From assembly GCA_045634005.1 (NCBI GenBank), contig JAZQZL010000003.1, forward strand, positions 13,038 through 77,037: a DNA stretch of 64,000 bases. Direction: 5' to 3'. The stretch comes from Candidatus Flemingiibacterium sp. (GTDB taxonomy: Bacteria > Bacillota > Clostridia > Oscillospirales > CAG-272). A program made the position numbers and the translations under genes. The notes beneath the pieces were generated by a model. That model saw nothing but the letters and a program-made list of their open reading frames with translations, was not told the DNA's origin and did no database searches. The stretch's first letter is position 1, and each line of letters starts with the position of its first letter. Shown here one piece after another: positions 20,599 through 29,583 of the stretch.

Positions 20599-21696
20599 TC
20601 ACTCCACCGCAAGCAAGTTAAGATCCCACGCGGGGACGTATTCGTAGCGGCGAAGATAGAGCCTCGTGTATCCCATATCGCGCACCAAAAGCGGCAGGCG
20701 GTAGATATCCTCGCTCTTGTGGTAAAGCGACACCAAAAGCTCGGGGTGCTCGCGTGCGATAACCTCGCGCGAGCCGATAAGCGCCTCATATTCCGCGCCC
20801 TCAACGTCGTATTTGATATAGTCGCACGCGCCCGTGTAAACGCTGTCAAGGCGCGCCGCCTCAACTGTCTTTATCTTCGCGCCCGTCATAACACCTACCG
20901 TGCCGATGAGCGTCGAATTACGGTTTCCGCCCGAGGTAAATTCAAGCGTTTTCTCGCTGTCCCACGCGGCACAGTTGTATGCCGCAATCTCGTACGGTGC
21001 CTCCTCGGCAAATGCCGTCAGCTTTTTGAAGTTGCGCGCATCGGGTTCAAATGCGACCACATTTTCAAGGCTCGGTGCATACTCTGCAAGCTCGCGTATG
21101 CTGTCGCCGTTGTACGCGCCGAGATCGGCACTGTGGCGGTACTTGTCCGCGTGTAGCACGCCGCTCATAACGTCGCGCGGCGCGACCGTATGTCGGCGCA
21201 AATATTCGAGCTTACCCGTCAGGCGATAGAGTATTACGTCGCAGAAGGTCTGCTTTGAAAGCTCGTCCGCAAGGCTATCGCAAGCCGCATACAGCTCATT
21301 AAAATGCGCTTTAAAAAACTCAAGGTCGAATATATCTCCCCCATCAACAACGGGCACGTCGGGAATGTATAATTCCCTCTCGGCATCGATGCGGTAAATA
21401 TTCGAAAGCACGTCGGGAAGGCTCGAGCCAAACGATACGACGACTGTAAAATCCTCATATTTTTCGCATATTTCTGCATAGCTCATCACAGTTTTGCCAT
21501 GAAAAAGCTGATGGCGCACAAATCCGTCGGATGCAAAAAAGTCAGCGACCTCGATGCCCTTTTCTGAAAAAACGGCGAGGATCTTATCCGCGCCGTTTCC
21601 CATTCCGTACATCACTATAGGCTTTGTGCTTTCCTGAAGCGTCTGCCACATATCGCGACAAACGTCGATTTCATTCACACAGTGACATATTTTCAT
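20599..21696 (-). CDS. FkbM-family methyltransferase
   Basis: DLGAYNGDSIRELAEY...VVAFEPDARNFKKL...IDYIKYDVEGAEYEAL. Confidence 0.8.
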   Translation of the reverse strand: MKICHCVNEIDVCRDMWQTLQESTKPIVMYGMGNGADKILAVFSEKGIEVADFFASDGFVRHQLFHGKTVMSYAEICEKYEDFTVVVSFGSSLPDVLSNIYRIDAERELYIPDVPVVDGGDIFDLEFFKAHFNELYAACDSLADELSKQTFCDVILYRLTGKLEYLRRHTVAPRDVMSGVLHADKYRHSADLGAYNGDSIRELAEYAPSLENVVAFEPDARNFKKLTAFAEEAPYEIAAYNCAAWDSEKTLEFTSGGNRNSTLIGTVGVMTGAKIKTVEAARLDSVYTGACDYIKYDVEGAEYEALIGSREVIAREHPELLVSLYHKSEDIYRLPLLVRDMGYTRLYLRRYEYVPAWDLNLLAVE

Positions 21697-22499
21697 AATT
21701 TCAAAAATCTCTTTGCATTATTATAGAATATATCCTCACGCTCTTTTTCTGTGAGGTCTATTTTAAGGAAGCGTTCAACCTCTCCCTCGATATTCTTTAC
21801 GGGATAGTCCGTGCCGAACATAACGCGATCCGTGCCAAGCTTGTGGATTATATATTCCGCACGCTCGGGTGTCATCGACCAGATAGCGCTCGACGTGTCG
21901 TACCACACGTTCGGTCTGCCTGCAAGGTATTCAATAGCCTCGTCGGATACGCCGTAACCGCCAAGATGTGCCGCAACCACCTCAAGCTTCGGGAACCGCT
22001 CAAGCAGATGCGCGAGCTTTCTCGGCTCGGAAAACTTGTACTGCGGTCTGGGATCTCCCATATGCAGATAGAGCGGCATACGGCCTTCAATTATCTCGCA
22101 AAGCTCCATCATACGCTTTGAGTCAACGTCAACGCCCTGAATATCGGGGTGTATCTTAACGCCGCGAAGTCCGAGCGACTCTGCTCTGTCGACCTCTGCC
22201 GCGAAATCGGGGAAATCCTGATGCATTCCCATAAAGCCGACTGTTTCAAAGCCTGCCTCACGCGATGCTTTCGCGAGCGCCGCAATAGAATCGTTGACCT
22301 TTTCCACCTGATGCGCGTTTGTAGCCACCGAGAAAAGCAACATTCCCACAACGCCGTGCGACTTGCTGTTATGCGCAAGCTCCGCGTACGTTCCCCTGCC
22401 TTCGCAAACGAATTCGTAAAACGCGTTGAGGCTTACGACAGCCTTATCGGCTATCTTCTCGGGATACGTGTGTGTATGAATATCGAATATTTTATACAA
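21693..22499 (-). CDS. Amidohydrolase-family (TIM-barrel metal-dependent) hydrolase
   Basis: The N-terminal IFDIHTHTYP motif. The stop overlaps the downstream start (ATGA). Confidence 0.75.
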   Translation of the reverse strand: MYKIFDIHTHTYPEKIADKAVVSLNAFYEFVCEGRGTYAELAHNSKSHGVVGMLLFSVATNAHQVEKVNDSIAALAKASREAGFETVGFMGMHQDFPDFAAEVDRAESLGLRGVKIHPDIQGVDVDSKRMMELCEIIEGRMPLYLHMGDPRPQYKFSEPRKLAHLLERFPKLEVVAAHLGGYGVSDEAIEYLAGRPNVWYDTSSAIWSMTPERAEYIIHKLGTDRVMFGTDYPVKNIEGEVERFLKIDLTEKEREDIFYNNAKRFLKL

Positions 22500-22514
22500 C
22501 GGTTTCGCCTTCTT

Positions 22515-23828
22515 TTAATATACAAATTCCTGGTAGATAGCGCGGAGTGCTTCCTCGAAGTCCTGCTCCTCAACGCCAACGATAATGCTTATTTCACTCG
22601 AGCCCTGGTCGATCATACGAATGTTGATACCTGCGCCGCTTATTGCCTTGAATACGCGAGCCGCAGTACCCTTCGCCTTAACCATCGCACGTCCTACGAC
22701 AGCAACAAGTGCAAGGCCGTCCTCAATAGAAAGGGTGTCGGGATTTACCGCACGGCAGATACCTGCCTTAAGCACATCACGCTTACCGTCTATTTCCTTA
22801 GTGTTAAGAACGATGCTCATATTGTCGATACCGGAGGGAAGATGCTCAAAGCCGATACCGTTGTTCTCGAGCACCTCGAGAACGCGTCTGCCAAAGCCGA
22901 TCTCGGAGTTCATCATATCCTTTTCGATATTGAGTACCGAGAAATTCTTCTTACCTGCAACGCCGGTGATAACGTTACCGGTGTCGTACTTATCGCTGGA
23001 TGCCACGATAAACGTACCGCGCGCCTCGGGATTGTTGGTGTTTCTGATGTTTATCGGAATACCTGCAAGACGTACGGGGAAAATAGCATCCTCGTGAAGA
23101 ACGGTCGCTCCCATATATGAAAGCTCGCGAAGCTCGTGATATGTGATCTCGCTGATAACTCTGGGGTTATCAATAATTCTGGGGTCACCCATAAGGAATC
23201 CGTCAACGTCGGTCCAGTTTTCGTAAATGTCACAAGCTGCCGCGCGAGCAACGATAGAGCCCGTAATATCCGAGCCGCCGCGCGAGAAGGTCTTGATGGT
23301 ATCGTTAGGCATCGAGCCGTAGAAGCCGGGAATTACGGCATAATCGTGCTTCTTGAGTTCTTCGCTGAGAACCTTATTGGTACGCTCGGAATCAAACTGA
23401 CCGTTATCGTTGAAGAATATTACCTCTGCAGCATCAATAAAGTCAAATCCGAGATACTTTGCAAGTATCTTACCGTTAAGATATTCGCCGCGGCTTGCCG
23501 CGAAGTCGCGTCCTGCCTTATGAATAAAAGCGTTCTTGATAAGGTGAAAATCATGCTCGAGCGAGAAATCGAGTCCAAGCTCGGAAATAATTCCGTTATA
23601 TCTCGCCTCAATTTCAGAGAACGGCGCGGTAATGTCCTCGCCTCTCGCCGCCATTTCATAGCAAGCGTAGAGCATATCGGTAACCTTGGTATCACTCTTA
23701 TGGCGCTTACCGGGAGCCGACGGAACAACGTAACGGCGCTCCGGCTCTGCCTTTATAATGCTTGCAACCTTCTTAAACTGTGTAGCGTCAGCGAGCGAGC
23801 TGCCGCCGAATTTTACAACTTTCAACAC
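22515..23828 (-). CDS. lysC: Aspartate kinase
   Basis: VVKFGGSSLADATQFKKV, with C-terminal ACT repeats. Confidence 0.93.
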   Translation of the reverse strand: MLKVVKFGGSSLADATQFKKVASIIKAEPERRYVVPSAPGKRHKSDTKVTDMLYACYEMAARGEDITAPFSEIEARYNGIISELGLDFSLEHDFHLIKNAFIHKAGRDFAASRGEYLNGKILAKYLGFDFIDAAEVIFFNDNGQFDSERTNKVLSEELKKHDYAVIPGFYGSMPNDTIKTFSRGGSDITGSIVARAAACDIYENWTDVDGFLMGDPRIIDNPRVISEITYHELRELSYMGATVLHEDAIFPVRLAGIPINIRNTNNPEARGTFIVASSDKYDTGNVITGVAGKKNFSVLNIEKDMMNSEIGFGRRVLEVLENNGIGFEHLPSGIDNMSIVLNTKEIDGKRDVLKAGICRAVNPDTLSIEDGLALVAVVGRAMVKAKGTAARVFKAISGAGINIRMIDQGSSEISIIVGVEEQDFEEALRAIYQEFVY

Positions 23829-23885
23829 GATAAAAACCTCATAATATATAAGTATTTTGTTTTTGATAATAAAATCACATATTAT

Positions 23886-23914
23886 ATTATATGGAAAAAG
23901 CCGCGCTTTGTCAA
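23886..23914 (-). promoter_or_regulatory. Perfect consensus promoter for lysC
   Basis: On the minus strand: TTGACA (23914-23909), 17-nt spacer, TATAAT (23891-23886). The -35 is embedded in the upstream gene's terminator hairpin GCCGCGC...GCGCGGC-TTTTT. Confidence 0.7.
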
Positions 23915-24010
23915 GAGCCGCGCGGCCTTTTCGATAATTTTCGTAAGCTATGACAAGCGCGGCGCGATGTTACGCGCCGCGCATATACATTTTAACACAC
24001 TAAATCGGCA

Positions 24011-24931
24011 TTAAAGCCCGTACTTATCGCACATCTTGCGCGCAATCTGGTAGAGCAGCGTTTCAGAATACGGCACAACCTCATCTGCAAACTTGCTGTT
24101 GAAAGTATGCGCCTCATATACGAAATCACCCGTATATCCGATGTCGCGAAGTCCAAGGCAGAAGCCTTCCCAATCGACGTTTCCGAATCCCGGCGCTGTA
24201 TGGCTATCCGAAATCCCGTCGTTATCGTGAACGTGCATAGATTTAAGTCTGTGTCCGAGCACGTTTACAAATTCTCTGACTGACATATCCCGACAGGCGA
24301 GATTGGTATGTCCGACGTCAACACAAGCAACGAAGCGCTCGTCCTTGCAAAGCGAGTTCATTGTATCGATATAGTCGACCATATCGTAGGGGCTTGAGCA
24401 AACTGTAGGGCAGATTATATTTTTCTTTGCGGGATCGTTTGCCCACATATTCTCGATCGCGATCTTCATATCGTATTCGTAGAGATACGGTATAAAGCGG
24501 GAGTAAAAGTCAACGTTCGTTGCTTTTACAATCTCCTTATCGTTTGAGTATAACTGCTTTTTAAAGCTTCCGTCGGGCAGAATAGCTCTGTGCGAGGGGT
24601 GAACGACCGTATGTCGCGCACCAAGCACGCTTGACGCGAGTATTGACTTTTTGAGTGCCTCAAATATAAGCTTGTTTTTTTCGTGATCCTCAACTACAGT
24701 AGGATACGGCGAATGCGTCTGGTAGACGTACATTCCGCGCTCCTCGACAAGACGGCGCATCTTCGTAAAATACTCGCGCACGTTGTCGTCGCTCTCGGTA
24801 AGAATACCCGAATCGATCGGGTAAAACAGGCTGAAATCGACAGACTCAAAGCCCGCGTTCGCGATTATATCAAGACCCTTTTCGTAACCGAACCGACCGC
24901 AAATGTCTTTTGTAAGCGTACAAATATTCAT
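24011..24931 (-). CDS. Sugar phosphate isomerase/epimerase (xylose-isomerase-like TIM barrel)
   Basis: 306 aa. The pattern ...VVHP...IAIENM...DVGH...HVHDN is typical of the AP_endonuc_2 fold. Confidence 0.7.
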   Translation of the reverse strand: MNICTLTKDICGRFGYEKGLDIIANAGFESVDFSLFYPIDSGILTESDDNVREYFTKMRRLVEERGMYVYQTHSPYPTVVEDHEKNKLIFEALKKSILASSVLGARHTVVHPSHRAILPDGSFKKQLYSNDKEIVKATNVDFYSRFIPYLYEYDMKIAIENMWANDPAKKNIICPTVCSSPYDMVDYIDTMNSLCKDERFVACVDVGHTNLACRDMSVREFVNVLGHRLKSMHVHDNDGISDSHTAPGFGNVDWEGFCLGLRDIGYTGDFVYEAHTFNSKFADEVVPYSETLLYQIARKMCDKYGL

Positions 24932-24942
24932 TCGGCAATCTC

Positions 24943-26445
24943 CTAATTAACGCTTTGACCGTTTAAATACGCGACGTATTCCTCAAGACACATATTAGAC
25001 TGGTACATTCTTTGCGCGTGATAGCGTCCTACGTAACGGTAATGCCACGGCTCGAACGTTATTCCGGTTATCTCCGTCTTATCCTGCGGATAGCGGAGAA
25101 CAAAACCAAACTTCCAGCAATTCTCGCGAAGCCACGTGTAAGCCGGCTCGTTTGCAAACGCCGCACTCGCGGACGGCAGATTATGCATATCAACGCAAAG
25201 TCCCGTCTGATGCTCGCTCGAGCCGGGCGGATTTGAGAAGCTTGCCACCTTCTCGTAGTCGTAATTGTTCTGGGCAAGATACTGATTGAATATCTGCTCC
25301 TGATAGCTGTAGCTTCTGTAGGCACTCGTTACGCTTACATCATCGAAGCCTGCTGCTTCCATCTCCATAAACATCGCCTCAAGTGCCATCATCGCATAAA
25401 GACGAAGCTGCTGCTTTGCGCGTCCGTCCTGACGTGTCGCCTCGGTAAAATAAAGGTCCTGCGGCACGTAGGTGGAATCGAGAGTATGATCCGGGCTTAC
25501 GAGTGTGAGATACTCGTCGGTATTTCCTGGATTCATATATTCCTCGTACATCGTAAGGTTATTGACAAATCCAAGGTCAGGCATCTGCGCCATAGTCTGC
25601 TCTGACTCATTGAGCGGCTTTATTGCCTGTGTTGACTGCAAAAGAAGCGAAAGACTTGCGTACTCTGCCTCCTCGCCCTTGGGAAGCTTGCCCTTTTCGT
25701 TAAGATTTGTAATTATACGAGAGATCTCAACCTCGTGCTTATTCTCGTTCACCTCTACGGTAAGTCCCTTAAAGTATGCATTAACAAAGCTTACAGGTAC
25801 GTAAAGCTCATCGTTTTCAAAATAGCACTCCGCGGCAAGGCGAGCCTCAACGCCGTTCACGTAAACCTCGCGCGAGCCGATAATAAAGCGTATCTTTTCC
25901 TCGTCCTCGCCCTTGATAACATAAGTGAGATCATCCGTCTTGGAGCCCATCGGGACAAGATCGCACATTTGTGCAACGGCGGTAAAGCTTACGTAAACTC
26001 TGCCGTCGCGCACAGCCTTGTTATAAGGGAGCGTGTATTTGTCCTCGCCAATATGATACGTATAGCGCGAGGAATCGGCAGACGCCACGTGGTTAAGATT
26101 CAGGAAAAAAAGTCCTGCCGATATAGCTGCCATAATAACGAAAACAGCCGCAAAAAGCGCGAGCCTTGTCAAGAAAAGCTTTTTGGCTGCCGCACGGCGC
26201 TTTTTTGCATAGTATTTTTCGCGTTCCCTTCTCTGGCGGTTTATTGCCGCCTGCTCGGGAGTAAGCTTTGTGCGAGGCTTTTGAGCCTGCGCGCGTGCTT
26301 TTTGAGCGGGCTGCTGCCCCTTTGATACAGGGCGCTTCGCCTGAGGCGCATTCGCCGCCGTCTGTGGGCGCTGCGCCTGACGCGGCGGCATATTATTCTG
26401 TGCACCCGTCGGTCTGCTGCCGTTTGGTGTACGGTTATTATTCAT
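24943..26445 (-). CDS. M15-family D-alanyl-D-alanine carboxypeptidase (VanY-like) with disordered N-terminus, TM helix and stalk domain
   Basis: SAYRSYSYQEQIF...GSSEHQTGLCVD...FEPWHYRYVG. The N-terminus is Q/P/A-rich, followed by a TM helix. Confidence 0.85.
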   Translation of the reverse strand: MNNNRTPNGSRPTGAQNNMPPRQAQRPQTAANAPQAKRPVSKGQQPAQKARAQAQKPRTKLTPEQAAINRQRREREKYYAKKRRAAAKKLFLTRLALFAAVFVIMAAISAGLFFLNLNHVASADSSRYTYHIGEDKYTLPYNKAVRDGRVYVSFTAVAQMCDLVPMGSKTDDLTYVIKGEDEEKIRFIIGSREVYVNGVEARLAAECYFENDELYVPVSFVNAYFKGLTVEVNENKHEVEISRIITNLNEKGKLPKGEEAEYASLSLLLQSTQAIKPLNESEQTMAQMPDLGFVNNLTMYEEYMNPGNTDEYLTLVSPDHTLDSTYVPQDLYFTEATRQDGRAKQQLRLYAMMALEAMFMEMEAAGFDDVSVTSAYRSYSYQEQIFNQYLAQNNYDYEKVASFSNPPGSSEHQTGLCVDMHNLPSASAAFANEPAYTWLRENCWKFGFVLRYPQDKTEITGITFEPWHYRYVGRYHAQRMYQSNMCLEEYVAYLNGQSVN

Positions 26446-26530
26446 ATATTCTCACCCTTAATACAGTTTATAGTTATCAATAACATTATATCACATATTT
26501 TGCGACAAATAAATAGAAATTGGGATTTTT

Positions 26531-27049
26531 TCAGAATTTATTTTTCGGCAAATATTTTATAAGCAGTCCGCCGCAAAGTCCGACGAATATTCCCGAAATA
26601 ACGCCCGTAAACGTAAGCACTATCATATAGTAACCAATTTCCGCCGTACGGAGCAGTACCATAGCGACAAGCACCTGCCCTACGTTGTGCATCACACCGC
26701 CCGCAACGCTAACACCGACACCCGACATAAAATTAAGCCGTTTAAGTATCGACATTACCGCAAGGCTCAAAGCCGCACCTGCAAGGCTGTATATAAACGT
26801 CATCGGATTTCCGAAAAGCGCGGCAACAACTATCATTCTGACAAGAGATATTACAGCAGCATCAAGCACTCCAAAGCGGTAAAGTGCGAATATCACGCAG
26901 ATATTCGCAAGTCCGATTTTTATTCCCGGCACTGCCGCAAATATCGGCGGCAGCATAACCTCGACGTAGGAAAGTATGAGCGCTATCGCAGCGCAAAGTC
27001 CCATTACGGCGAGCTTACTGACTCTTTTGTTTCTCACCTTACACCTCAC
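26531..27049 (-). CDS. Gx-transporter / heptaprenyl-diphosphate-synthase-component-I-like membrane protein
   Basis: Polytopic. ALILSYVEVMLPPIFAAVPGIKIGLANI...GGVMHNVGQVLVA. Confidence 0.65.
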   Translation of the reverse strand: MRCKVRNKRVSKLAVMGLCAAIALILSYVEVMLPPIFAAVPGIKIGLANICVIFALYRFGVLDAAVISLVRMIVVAALFGNPMTFIYSLAGAALSLAVMSILKRLNFMSGVGVSVAGGVMHNVGQVLVAMVLLRTAEIGYYMIVLTFTGVISGIFVGLCGGLLIKYLPKNKF

Positions 27050-27447
27050 GAAATAATATCGGGCGCACTGTTATCCCTCGCGCTCGCGGTAATTACCACT
27101 TTATTTGGAAGGCACACGATGCTCTCGCCATCGCGCGAGATCGGCTTATGTGCCGCGCAGATACCGTCAGGACAGCTCGCACTCTCAACGTGTGCCTTGC
27201 CGTTTTCTATAACGAGAATATTGTATCCACCCTCTGAAAATATCTCCACGGTTCGATCATCGCCAAGCGAATATTCACCGTACAGCACACCGTCTACCGT
27301 TACGGATACCGTATCTCCGCCCGATCTGAACAGATAAAAGCCAAGTCCTACAAGAGCCGATATCAAAACGAGCGCGGCTATGAAGATTATATCATTTTTT
27401 AGTCTGCGTCCGCCGAAAGCAGTCTCGCTCATATTCAGCCCTCCCAA
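27046..27447 (-). CDS. NusG-domain-II-containing membrane protein
   Basis: N-terminal TM helix. NILVIENGKAHVESASCPDGICAAHKPISRDGESIVCLPNKVVI. It overlaps the downstream gene by 4 nt. Confidence 0.7.
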   Translation of the reverse strand: MGGLNMSETAFGGRRLKNDIIFIAALVLISALVGLGFYLFRSGGDTVSVTVDGVLYGEYSLGDDRTVEIFSEGGYNILVIENGKAHVESASCPDGICAAHKPISRDGESIVCLPNKVVITASARDNSAPDIIS

Positions 27448-27671
27448 AGTATCTTAGATAAATAACATAATAATTATATAATAATTCGCGCCGATTGTCA
27501 ATCTTTTTGCTAAATCGCAGCTTTGCCTGATTTTCGCACATCACGTTTTTTAAGTAAAACCTATTGATTTTTCCCAAAAACCGTGATATACTAAAAATAG
27601 GTACACGGGTATAGGAGCATCGGCACCGCCTACCCGTCGACAAATAACTCGAGCAGAAGGGAAACGTAAAG

Positions 27672-27833
27672 ATGAGAAAAACACTCCGAATAATCGCGGT
27701 CTGTGCCGCCGTTGTTAGCCTTGTTGCAACGATTGCCCTGGGATTTATTTATCTTGAGGATGCGCTTAAGCGTTTAAAGGCCTTTAAATCCGGCTTTAAG
27801 AACAGATTTATAATCGACGACGAGGAAGAATGA
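27672..27833 (+). CDS. Unlisted 53-aa small membrane protein
   Basis: Read directly: MRKTLRIIAVCAAVVSLVATIALGFIYLEDALKRLKAFKSGFKNRFIIDDEEE*. GAAGGGA RBS. A promoter TTGATT-17-TATACT lies at 27564-27592 and a terminator immediately downstream. Confidence 0.55.
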   Translation: MRKTLRIIAVCAAVVSLVATIALGFIYLEDALKRLKAFKSGFKNRFIIDDEEE

Positions 27834-27841
27834 TCCTTCGG

Positions 27842-27870
27842 GGACTATGCTTGCATAGTCCTCACTTTTT
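27842..27870 (+). terminator. Hairpin terminator after the small ORF
   Basis: GGACTATGC tt GCATAGTCC, then TCACTTTTT. Confidence 0.6.
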
Positions 27871-27901
27871 ACGCACAATTTCAAGCTATGAGGTGACACG
27901 T

Positions 27902-28867
27902 ATGAACATCGCATTCGCCGGCTTTGGACACGCGCATATTTTCGCGCTTTACCGCGAAGCGCTCGCTCATAAAAAAGTTACTGTACTCGGAGCGTTTGAA
28001 GAAAGCGCCGAAGCACGCGCCCAAATATCCTACGAACGCAAAATCGAATTTAATTATGCCTCTTATGAAGAAATGCTTAATGACAGTCGTGTTGACGTAA
28101 TTGCCATAGGCGATATTTTTGCAAAGCGCGGAAAACTTATAATCAAAGCTCTTAAGCACGGCAAGCACGTAATATGCGATAAGCCGCTGTGCACCTCGCT
28201 TGAGGAGCTTGATGAGATAAAGCGCCTTGCAAACGCAAGCGGACTGAAGGTTCACTGTATGCTCGAGCTTCGCTTTATGCCGCAGGCAGAAAAGGTGCGT
28301 GAGCTTATCCACAGCGGCGAAATAGGCGAGATAAAAAGCGCTAACTTTACCGCACAGCACCATTTAGCATACGGAACGCGCCCGGATTGGTACTTCAAAG
28401 ACGGTGCTCACGGCGGCACGATAAATGATATTGCAATACACGGCATCGATCTGCTCCGATTTTTGACGGGCAAGGAGCTCACGAAAATACACGCAGCACG
28501 CACTTGGAACGCGTTCGCCGACAAAGAGCCGCACTTTAAAGACTCGGCGCAGTTTATGGCGGAGATGGACGGAATGGCGCTTATGGCGGATGTGTCGTAT
28601 GCCGCACCGAAATGCCCTCTCCCGACGTATTGGGACGTCTATCTTTGGGGAACGGACGGAATGATAAATTTCAGATGCGCTGACAACGAGATACGCATCT
28701 ACAAGAATGAAAAAACAACTATCACGTGCGAGGCAACTCCGTCGCGCTTCATCGACTGTCTTATTGACGAAATAAGCGGCGGTGCACCTATTATAAACAC
28801 CGCGGATTCGCTCGAATCCGCAAAACAAGCGCTGATGCTTCAAGCGTTTGCAAACGAGGTCGGATAA
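27902..28867 (+). CDS. Gfo/Idh/MocA-family oxidoreductase
   Basis: MNIAFAGFGHAHIF.... The ATG at 27902 follows GAGGTGA. The track start at 27830 would run through the terminator hairpin. Confidence 0.8.
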   Translation: MNIAFAGFGHAHIFALYREALAHKKVTVLGAFEESAEARAQISYERKIEFNYASYEEMLNDSRVDVIAIGDIFAKRGKLIIKALKHGKHVICDKPLCTSLEELDEIKRLANASGLKVHCMLELRFMPQAEKVRELIHSGEIGEIKSANFTAQHHLAYGTRPDWYFKDGAHGGTINDIAIHGIDLLRFLTGKELTKIHAARTWNAFADKEPHFKDSAQFMAEMDGMALMADVSYAAPKCPLPTYWDVYLWGTDGMINFRCADNEIRIYKNEKTTITCEATPSRFIDCLIDEISGGAPIINTADSLESAKQALMLQAFANEVG

Positions 28868-29475
28868 TGAAAAAATCAGATATTACGAAAGAAAAAATAC
28901 TTCGTGCCGCCGAAACGGCATTTGCTGAACGCGGACTCTACGGCGCGCGGGTCGACGAAATAGCCGAGCTTGCAGGTGTAAACAAGCGAATGATATACGC
29001 TCATTTCGGCAGCAAGGATGACCTGTACCTTGCTGTGCTTGATGCGGTATACGGAAGGATTGCTGACGAGGAGCAAAATATCCTTTCACAGACTGCCGAC
29101 TGCGTAGAGCTTATACGCCGCAATATTGAGGGCAACTTCAAATTTCTGTGTGCCAATCCGACGTTCGTTAAAATGGTGCTTTGGGAAAACCTAAACGGTG
29201 GCGATTATTTAAAGCAGTCCTCGTCAATAAGCGCCAAGCGGGCATCGCTCACCACATTCAGAAACGTCCTTCTGGAAGGAATAACAAAGGGTGTTTTCCG
29301 TTCCGACATAGACGTTGACGAGCTTGTTCTCTCTAGCCAGATGTTTGTATATTCGTATTTTTCCAACATACATACGATGGCATACATTATGGAACGAGAT
29401 TTTCTGAACGAGGAATCGTTACAAAAGCGCTGTGAGCACATAACGGATATGATACTGCGGTACATTATGAAATAA
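28867..29475 (+). CDS. TetR/AcrR-family transcriptional regulator
   Basis: KEKILRAAETAFAERGLYGARVDEIAELAGVNKRMIYAHFGSKDDLYLAVL. The start overlaps the upstream stop (TAATG). Confidence 0.92.
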   Translation: MKKSDITKEKILRAAETAFAERGLYGARVDEIAELAGVNKRMIYAHFGSKDDLYLAVLDAVYGRIADEEQNILSQTADCVELIRRNIEGNFKFLCANPTFVKMVLWENLNGGDYLKQSSSISAKRASLTTFRNVLLEGITKGVFRSDIDVDELVLSSQMFVYSYFSNIHTMAYIMERDFLNEESLQKRCEHITDMILRYIMK

Positions 29476-29482
29476 AAATTCG

Positions 29483-29510
29483 AGGCTGTCCTTTTTGGAC
29501 AGCCTATTTT
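29483..29510 (+). terminator. Rho-independent terminator after the TetR gene
   Basis: AGGCTGTCC ttttt GGACAGCCT, then ATTTT. Confidence 0.7.
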
Positions 29511-29520
29511 CTAAAAACTA

Positions 29521-29572
29521 TTGACTTATCAGAGCAGATATGCTATAATTAAAGTAACCAAACAGTTACTTT
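29521..29572 (+). promoter_or_regulatory. Consensus promoter with an adjacent perfect palindromic operator (probable TetR site)
   Basis: TTGACT (29521-29526), 17-nt spacer, TATAAT (29544-29549). Then AAAGTAAC-caaaca-GTTACTTT (29551-29572), an 8-bp perfect inverted repeat just before the GGAGG RBS. Confidence 0.7.
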
Positions 29573-29583
29573 GGAGGATTACT

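Noticed and set aside
23829-23885. Possible lysine (L-box) riboswitch upstream of lysC
   Set aside because: The leader downstream of the perfect promoter is only about 55 nt. An L-box needs about 180 nt.
22149-24014. 323-aa and 292-aa plus-strand ORFs (22149-23120, 23136-24014)
   Set aside because: They are antisense to the amidohydrolase and lysC genes, and they cross the mapped promoter and terminator region. They are shadow ORFs.
27830-27901. Extended N-termini given by the ORF track (27830, 29521, 31632, 3311, 2763, 61516, 60805)
   Set aside because: In each case an internal ATG is preceded by a good Shine-Dalgarno sequence. In each case the extension would also run through a terminator, a promoter or the upstream gene's end.
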